A stretch of 43,900 nucleotides of DNA, counting the filler, from Jimgerdemannia flammicorona (taxonomy: Eukaryota): assembly GCA_003990765.1 (NCBI GenBank). It is 2 parts of 2 records of this genome, joined end to end, with 100 filler letters (N's around TTAATTAATTAA, not from the genome) between each part and the next. Parts side by side here need not be neighbours in the genome. Positions count along the whole stretch, not along the records: positions 22,005 to 43,900 come from RBNJ01001371.1; 1 more part is not named here. One strand, written 5' to 3'. Of the stretch, positions 36,501 to 43,900 are shown one piece after another. The translations under genes and the position numbers were made by a program. Positions within the stretch are counted from its first letter, which is position 1; every line of letters begins with the position of its first letter. The notes below the pieces were generated by a model. The model was not told the origin of the DNA and made no database searches. It worked only from the letters and a program-made list of their open reading frames with translations.

Positions 36501-39500
36501 TCAGCCATATGGTCCTCATCAACCTCATAACCTTCATCATCCAGAAGCACTGCCACCATTGCTGTTACCAACTTCAGCCCCTGCAATGCCACATTGTGAA
36601 ACCCTTGCCAGGCCTCCTGTGATCCATTAAATACATCCACTTCCTTGATATCCTCCTCCACAAGTTCCTCAAGCACTGTCTGATACATACCAGTCATCTG
36701 CTGTCATCACCATGGGCCCAGGAGTGGCTGGCCTTGGGGTCCTGCTCAGCTCCTGCAGTATCTCTCTATCCGCCGACACATCAGAAGCCACATCCACAGG
36801 TCATCCTCCCCAGTGCCTTTCTCCAGCCGAACTACTTTGCCTGCTTCTGGGCATTCCCAATGAACATTTGCCACTCTGGCCATGCGAACATTCTCCAACT
36901 GGGTCTCAGGTACCACCTCGATAATCTCCTCAAAGCCCCCTGTATTCGCCTCCTCCTTATCAGCCCACTTCCCCTTTACTGGTGCATGAGTAGAGTTCTT
37001 CACTCCTACTAGTTGCGAAAAGGACACCTCAGCCATCTCCACCTCTTCCATCTGATTTTTGGTCAACTCTTCTCTTTCCTTTTCCTTCTTTTCTGAGCCC
37101 TGAGGACTGTCTACAGGTGCTCCCAGTTTGCCCTTCACCACCTCTTCCTCCTCCCATCTGTCGGGATCCAGATCCAGTCCTTGGTGAACTCCTCCCATCT
37201 CCTCTTCCGCAATTCCTTCACAGCCTCTCTCTCTTCAAGGGCAACTAGCAATTCCTCCTCCTCCTGTTCAGAACCCTTCCTTCTCCACACTTTGCACTCC
37301 TGCCCTCTGACACGAATCACTTCTGGCCAGTCCCTCCATTGCCCTGTAGCCTCCTTGCCCTCCAGTCTCACCATCACCTCGCAATTGCCATTCCTCAGCT
37401 TGGTCCCCTCCCAAAACATGAATCCAAAGTCAACCATCTCGCCAAATGCCCCCAGTGCCTCCACCACCATTCCTTTGGTCTCCTGTCTCCCCAATGTTGG
37501 CAGCCCTTCAACCACCCAACACACTGCCTGCGGGTCCCACCTCAGGCACCTTGCTATGCCCACCTTGATGCTCTTGACTACCAGTCCTTTCTCCAGGGCC
37601 TTCACCATCTCCTCCTCCTCAACAAATCCTATCTCAACTGCCTCCGCTGATGGGATGAACTTCAGTGACTCTGCCCCTGCAATCTCCTCCCCTACTAGCT
37701 GTAAGACCTCTCTAGCAGACATCTCCAGTTCCAAAAAATTTGCAGAAATGGCCCATGTTGATACTGACTTGTGAAGAAGGGACACACCACCAGTTCACTA
37801 GAACCTGCTGCCATCATCACCTTCTTCTTGCTCTCCAACACTCCAGCAGTCACCCCAGCCACTGGTCCAGCCCCAGGAATTCCAGTCCCAGCCACACCAC
37901 TTCCGGACCCCTGGCCCCTGGCAGGCACCTGACCAGTCACCTGACCAGTCACCTGGCTGGTCACCTGACTCCTACCCCTGTCAACACTATGTCCCCCCTG
38001 CCCTGCCCCCATGGGCCTAGTAGCTGCCCTCCTGCCCCCCATCACCATGTGCCAACTCTCAATGCCAGCCTGCCTCCCCAGACCACCTGCTCTTCTAGCC
38101 TCTACACCAGCCCCTAGACCTCCACCAGCCCCAACCGTCACCACAAAACTTTTCAGGAGACCCAGACCAGGCCTCCTTCTCTCCAAATGCTCAGAGCTTG
38201 ATGAACCCTTGGTTGCCATCTGACAAAAACTCCACCGAAACAGATGAGACTTGTTGTATCTGTAGCTTGACTCCTGCTGCACCTTGTACACTAGAATAGA
38301 TGATGGGAAAACTTGAAAATGTGTTGCTTGTCATGAAAAGATGTCAGTGTGGCTTAGCTTTCTCTGAATGGTTCAAGCAAAAGGAGTCTGGCCTACAGCA
38401 CCAATCCTTGTGCACCCCAATCTACAGAAGCCATTCATCTTGTATACAGATGCTTCTAAAAATGGCCTCAGGGCAGTATAGTCCCAAGAAGGACCTGATC
38501 AACAGCACCATGTGATAGCTTATGCAAGCAGGGCTACCAACCAGCAGCAGATGAACTATGGTAGCACCAAACTGGAATGCCTTGCAGTCATATGGGCAGT
38601 TACCCTGTTCAAGCATTATCTCATTGGAAAGAGGTTCACCCTGATCACAGAACATACAGCCCTCAAATAGCTATTCAACCACAAGGAACCTGCCAGAATT
38701 CTAGCCTGATGGATCCTTATCCTTCAGGATTATAAAATCACCATCATTCACAGAGCAGGAAAAACCCATCACAATGTTGATGTACTTTTCCACCAGCCCC
38801 AATGAATCAGAGGAAGGGTGTCCTGAGGAACCACACCCTAAAGGAAGCTCCTCAGACTATCAAAGCACAAGAAGATCTCATCCGAAAAGAATATCAGAAA
38901 GCCCACCAAGGACAGACAAGCATAGAAGACAGGATTCAAAAACAATATCAACATTGGCCTCATCTCAGAACTCAAGTCTGAGACATTATTCAGAAATGTG
39001 ACATCTGCCAGAAGTACTAAGGAAAGAAGAACTATCAAGCCCCTCTGCAACCGATTCCCCCACTCACTCACATCTTTCAAAGATGGGGAGTAGATGTAAT
39101 TGGACCCCTACCAGTTATACCAAGAAGAAATAAATACATCCATGTATTTGTAGAGCATCTGACTAAGTGGCCTGAGGCTTTTCCAATGGAAATCGCAGAT
39201 GCTCTAACTATTGTAGGCCTCCTCTATGGACTCACACTCAGATATGGACCCCCAGAAGAACTTATCTCTGACTGAGGCACAGAATTCATCAATAACATAA
39301 TCCCAAGTTATGCCCAAATTCACAAGATCTACCTCAAAAGGACCACATCATACCACCCCCAGACCAATGGCATGACAGAAAGAATGAACCAGACCATCAA
39401 GAAAGGACTTGCCCAAGTCAACCCTACTAATTGGGACCTTTGCTTACCTGAGATCCTATGGGAAATTCAGAACACCCCTGCCACATCCACCAAACAAAAG

Positions 39501-39864
39501 CCATTCGAAATGATGTTTGCCAAGAGAACCAGAACTGCTGACCATGAGAATCTCAGAGACCTCCTCAAGAAGGCAGAACAGTTACGAAATCAAGCCCAAG
39601 GACAGATTATCAAAGCCCAGGAAAGACAAAAGAAGTACTATAACCAAAACCAGAAGGATCAGGAAATCAAGATTGGAGATCAAGTCCTAGTTTGGAGAAG
39701 CATAATTGGGACAAACTTTGCCACCAAACTAGAACCAAAATGAGAAGGACCTTATCTTGTACACAACATCAGAGGAACCAGCATCTATTTAAGAAGCATG
39801 GATGGATGAACCCTGAGAACACCAGTATACATCAATTGCCTCAAGATATACTTCTCCTCACACC

Positions 39865-40388
39865 ATGAACCAGAGAATTGACAACTGCCTCCAAACTCTT
39901 GTTCTCAGGTCCCTCCAAGCCCTACCAGTTCCCCTGCCTCAGTTCTGGGAACCCAATGGAACATATTTCAGCAAATCTGAGTTCATCAAGAGAACCTCAC
40001 TTTGGCTGAGAGGCTACTCCAGGTCCACCAGCTGCAGGCATATTATGCAATTGGAGAACAGTTGCAGAATCTTCCTCTCCCAGACCTAGCCTATGTCCAA
40101 AACACCACTGACCTGAACAGAAGGAATACTACTGCTGCAGACAGACTATACACCATATATAAACGAAATCCTTCTGCCTTAATCCAGGCCCAGTTTTCCC
40201 TGAATGATCTCCAAAGGATGACACTACCCACCTACCTCAGCATTATTCACCAAGTGGAGATCCTATTTCCTGAGGAAGAAGAAGAGCCCCTGGAATGGAG
40301 TGACCATAGCTCAGATGATGATGACAGAACAGATATAGATGCAGAAGCTGCTTATGCCTATTGGGATGATGACCGAAGAATAGTCTAG
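39865..40388 (+). pseudogene. Extra ORF between integrase and PPT (~170 aa, one frameshift near 39975-39995)
   Basis: The N-terminal part of 39865..40089 joins 40002..40388. It aligns by eye with the chromovirus LTR ORF and ends in an acidic tail. Confidence 0.7.
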
Positions 40389-40415
40389 GACAGACTACCC
40401 TTCAGTGGGGGCTGA

Positions 40416-41790
40416 TGTAACAGACCAAAACGTACCACCTGAATTATAACTTAGCCAGATGACATGAACAATTAGCATACTTACTCAGCATACTTCCAGT
40501 GTATCATAGTTACCTATGTCCGCCATACTTATAATTAGCCAAGATACTAGATCAGGATTATTTACCTGTGTCCTGAGGACACACTCATGTCCTGCGGACA
40601 CACTCATGTCCTGCAGACACACTCATGTCCTGCAGACACACTCATGTCCTGTGAACACACCTGTACCTAGAGGACACACCCAAATATTACCAGAGATAGC
40701 AAATCTATAGTTAGCCACATAGTAACCAGATAGGAACCAACTTGTATAAATTACCCCAGAGACAAGAGTGAATAAACCTCAGTCCAAAAAGTCCAAAATT
40801 GAAGCAAAAGACAAGTCTGCCTACCACACTTTGAGAGGAACTCTACAGCCACTGTTAGGAGATTGTGAGCTTATTTCCCCTTTCCACTCTGGTCCACTTT
40901 CTGATACAAAGCTGATTACCCGCCAAAGTTCAAGGAAGAACTTCACTGCCATTTGAGTAGTCCACCACTTATGGAATAAGCCGCCATTTCCAAGTTATTC
41001 TCCACCTTCCCAAGAAAGCCACCTTGCTCAAGTCAGTTTCTGATGCAACTTTGCAGTGATTTGTCATGCAAATGAAGCCATTCTTTGATGTAACTTTGCC
41101 AAGAGACCCTTTCCCAAAGAATGCCACCAGTTGTTTGTATTCCCAATTGAAGCCACTGATTAATAAGAATCTGCACCATCCAAGTTATTTCCCAGAAGCC
41201 TGCCGATTCAGGAGAATCTGCATCACCCACTGCCTTTTGAGTTATTCACCATATTTCCAGTTGAAGCCACCGATCCAAGAAGAATCTGTGCCACATATTC
41301 CCAGAAGAGCCTGATTCATGCCTTCTGAGTTATCTGTTGTTTCCAGTGAGCCCAGTAAGGAGAACCCATGCCATACATTCCCAGTGAGCCAAATCGAGCT
41401 ATCTGCCAGAAATCACCTACTTTTGGAAATTGTCATGCTATACAAGGATCATCATGCAGAGATCATCGCACTACACAAAGATTGTTGCACCAAGACCGTC
41501 ACTCAGAAATCGCATACTTTTGGAAATTGCCTTGCTACACAAAATTGTACCATTCCCAGTTGACCCAAGAAGGAAGTCCATTCACACACAAATCGCCACT
41601 ACACCCAGAGAACCGTCCCAGTAAGGAAACCGCTTGCAGATATCCAGATTGGCTATTATACCACTAAACACCAAGGACCTCAGGAATCTTAGAACATTTT
41701 GTTGCTTTTTGACAAAGTAACTAGGAGCTCAAGCCAAACTACATCAACCCACAACCTTATAATTTGCCTCCATTGAGCTGGTACATTACA
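40416..41790 (+). repeat. 3' LTR (~1375 bp) of the second Gypsy
   Basis: Starts TGTAA after the PPT and ends TTACA where an unrelated RT relic begins. TATAAA at 40745-40750 and AATAAA at 40771-40776. No partner LTR in the window, so the right end is inferred. Confidence 0.7.
40569..40660 (+). repeat. 19-bp tandem repeat (TGTCCTGCAGACACACTCA-like), almost 5 copies, in LTR U3
   Basis: Units start at 40569, 40588, 40607, 40626 and 40645. Confidence 0.9.
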
Positions 41791-42040
41791 ATATTATTAG
41801 GTCTTTCTTGAGACTATCTAGATACTACTGCAGATTTATTAAAAGTTACTCTAGTATTGCTATACCCATGACCAAATTGTTGAAGGTTAGTAATCCATTT
41901 CAATAGACCCCTGCCATTCCAAACTCCTGAAGACAAAATTGATAACTGTGCTCTATATAATCCAGATCTAGCTCTGTAGTTTACAGTAACTACAGATGCA
42001 TCTGGATATATAATTGGTATAGTACTATCTCAACATATAT
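41791..42040 (+). mobile_element. Old Gypsy RT-RNase H connection relic
   Basis: Decayed RSFLxLxxYYxRFIKxYSSIAxPMTKLL and FTVTTDAS motifs. Confidence 0.7.
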
Positions 42041-42069
42041 ATTTGTTTTGCTATAGCTCTAATTATAAT

Positions 42070-43840
42070 AGGAATAGTATCTTTGGCCTATATATTATCT
42101 TCTGATCTATCATCTATTAGGTTTATTCATGGGTTGGGTCTGGGATCATTTCTATTTTCAAATTTTTCTTCTTCTGTAGTGGATTTCTCACTGCTGATAT
42201 ACTCTTCCTGTATGGTGACCTTTTTCTTTTTCTTTGACTACTCATTACTGGTCACCTTGATTCTGTACTTCTTTTCCCTATAGTCGAATTTGAGTATCTG
42301 TTAGTCAATGTCAATGATTGCATTCATTTTCTACATTCAGTTGATATCAAGGATCATATCATAGATGATAGCTTTGGTGACAACAGCTTCTGAATAGAAT
42401 ATTGAATATGTCCTAAAGAGATGGTGATATTTCATACTTCTTCAAGGAGTTGAGTTCAGGATCTATCTGCTACTATAATGCTAAGATTGGATGGTCCATC
42501 AATGTACCACTGAAGGGTATCTAGAAATTATTTAGCAATTATACAGATAGCTGCTCCTGTGTCAATAAGAATCTTTATCTTTTGTCCTCCAATATCTATA
42601 TACAGATATGTGCTGATATATCTTTCTGCAGCCTAAATAGTAGTTGGGGCTAGTTCTTGTTGTGAGATTTGGACTCAGCCATTACTAGACCTTATGGTTC
42701 TCAACAGTTTGTTTTGGACTTCAGTAGATATCAGTTGTCGAAAATACAAGAGGGGGACTTCTATTTTGGCTTCTTGAATCTTTGCCAGGCTTAGATATCT
42801 CTGGACATAGTCTTTGAGATATACTTCTTAGGCTTTGGAGCAAGAGGCTTCTGTTCTTCTTGCTCTATTTCTTTATCCTCTGAGGGTAGTTTATTTATTT
42901 CAGAAACAAAAGATGAGAGAGACTAGAGAGATGTTTCCACCTGCCCTTTTTCATACTCTTCAACTTTTTCTTAAATAATTCTTCTACTAGTGTTTCTGGA
43001 TGGTCTTCCTATAGATCTCTTCTATTCTCTGTAGAGTAGACTATCTTCTTAGGGATAACTTTGGCTGGGTATAGATCTGGGTTACTATAATCTTTACTGT
43101 TATTTTCTTCTTCAAAGCCTTCAACTAGGTGGGCTTTAGTCTTTTTGTACTGGGTTTCATTCTTTTGATTTAGAGGTTCTGAGTCTCTTTGATCACTTCT
43201 TCTATTATCACATTCTGTAGCATAGTGTCCAAATTGTCTATAGTAGAAGTACTGAACTTGAGCTCTATCTTGAACAGGATACCTTCTTTCTTCTTATGAC
43301 TAGTAGGTCCTATTATCTTTAGATAGGTAATCTTGATTTCTTTATTGTATATATCCTCTGTTATTCTGTGATTAGCTCCAATTTTCATATGTATAAGATT
43401 TTTCATATGCCCAGACAATTAGTCTAACTTAGAATTGAGGTCTTGGATTTTATTTCTTTTTTTCTTCTATTTCTTGACTGGCTTTTCTTCTTTGGATCTT
43501 CCTTATTCTTAGAGGAGTTCTTACAGAGTCTTAACTAAGAGGTCTTCCTTATCATCTTTTTTATTTTAATTACTTTAGATAGTTTTTTATTTGATATCAA
43601 AAAATCCTTAGACTATATCCACTTGTTCTTCAGGTTTTCTGATATCTAAAGTGCAAACATACTGGGTAATGTTCAGGGGAATTCCATTCATAAGATTATT
43701 GGGCCTCTAATATCTTGATTGATAGCATTAAATTTATCTATATATATTCTCTTTTAAATTTTAGTTAAGAATGCTCTGGATGATTCTCTGAGATTTATCT
43801 TTATCTCTATAATGAATTCTTGAGCCTTATAGTAGATTTT
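42070..43840 (-). mobile_element. Hypermutated LTR-retroelement gag-protease relic
   Basis: Minus-strand KIKILIDTGAAICII (~42580-42540) and YDMILDIN (decayed ILGxDW) downstream. AT-rich and full of stops. Confidence 0.7.
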
Positions 43841-43900
43841 ATTTCTTTTTGTTTTTTTTTTTTTTTTTTTTTTTTTTTTATTTTTTTTTTTTTTTTTTTT
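43841..43900. repeat. Poly(T) tract at the window end
   Basis: Near-homopolymer T run, probably another minus-strand poly(A) tail or a contig end. Confidence 0.5.

Larger units (their letters stand above)
22005..38340 (-). mobile_element. LINE-C: near full-length L1/Tx1-like LINE split by the chromovirus (pieces ~38340-33658 and 23079-22005)
   Basis: ORF1 from ATG 38219 (fragments 37695..38291, 37135..37785, 36746..37198, 36476..36697). ORF2 from 36344 (ILSLNVNGL, GGDFN, DQEKAYD, GVPQGDPLS, FADD). The C-terminal zinc finger CEWC...EHILADCP (22346..22834) resumes beyond the LTR element. AATAAA at 22031-22026 precedes the A tail. Confidence 0.9.
38393..41790 (+). mobile_element. Second Ty3/Gypsy element (no chromodomain seen), 3' half: RNase H-integrase-extra ORF-PPT-3' LTR
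   Basis: RNase H FILYTDAS...VIAYASR...KLECLAVIWA and integrase WGVDVIGPLP...ISD*GTEF...YHPQTNGMTER. A PPT-like AGTGGGGG (~40404-40411) precedes an LTR with TGTAA...TTACA ends. Confidence 0.88.

Noticed and set aside
37926..37970. 12-bp repeat CCAGTCACCTGA (QVTG repeats)
   Set aside because: Low-complexity expansion in the disordered N-terminus of LINE-C ORF1.
40569..40660. Regular short repeats as a CRISPR-like array
   Set aside because: Head-to-tail units with no unique spacers, in a eukaryotic LTR context with no cas genes.

Overview
Eukaryotic, intron-containing DNA, most likely from an early-diverging fungus (Mucoromycota-like; inferred from the gene families and short GT-AG introns). 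A CpG-rich host island (~8.6-21.7 kb) sits between two nested, CpG-depleted retrotransposon clusters. The island holds three intact spliced genes: a secreted, probably GPI-anchored cupredoxin, an SDR oxidoreductase and a ~1280-aa TRP-like channel. It also holds a frameshifted CHAT (caspase-like)-STAND NTPase pseudogene that the ORF track misses. The left cluster has two L1/Tx1-like LINEs (one inside the other), an LTR scrap and a hypermutated Ty3/Gypsy pol relic. The right cluster follows a 100-bp N/TTAATTAATTAA assembly linker. There a LINE is split by a complete 10.6-kb chromovirus (2034-bp LTRs, CTAAT TSD, iMet-type PBS, gag-dUTPase-PR-RT-RH-IN-chromo), followed by a second Gypsy and older relics. 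Best lead: each chromovirus LTR carries a 365-codon ORF in U3 with what looks like its own promoter. An apparently homologous ORF sits in the env-like position of the second, different Gypsy element, which suggests an uncharacterised family of accessory proteins in LTR retroelements. All alignments and translations were done by eye.
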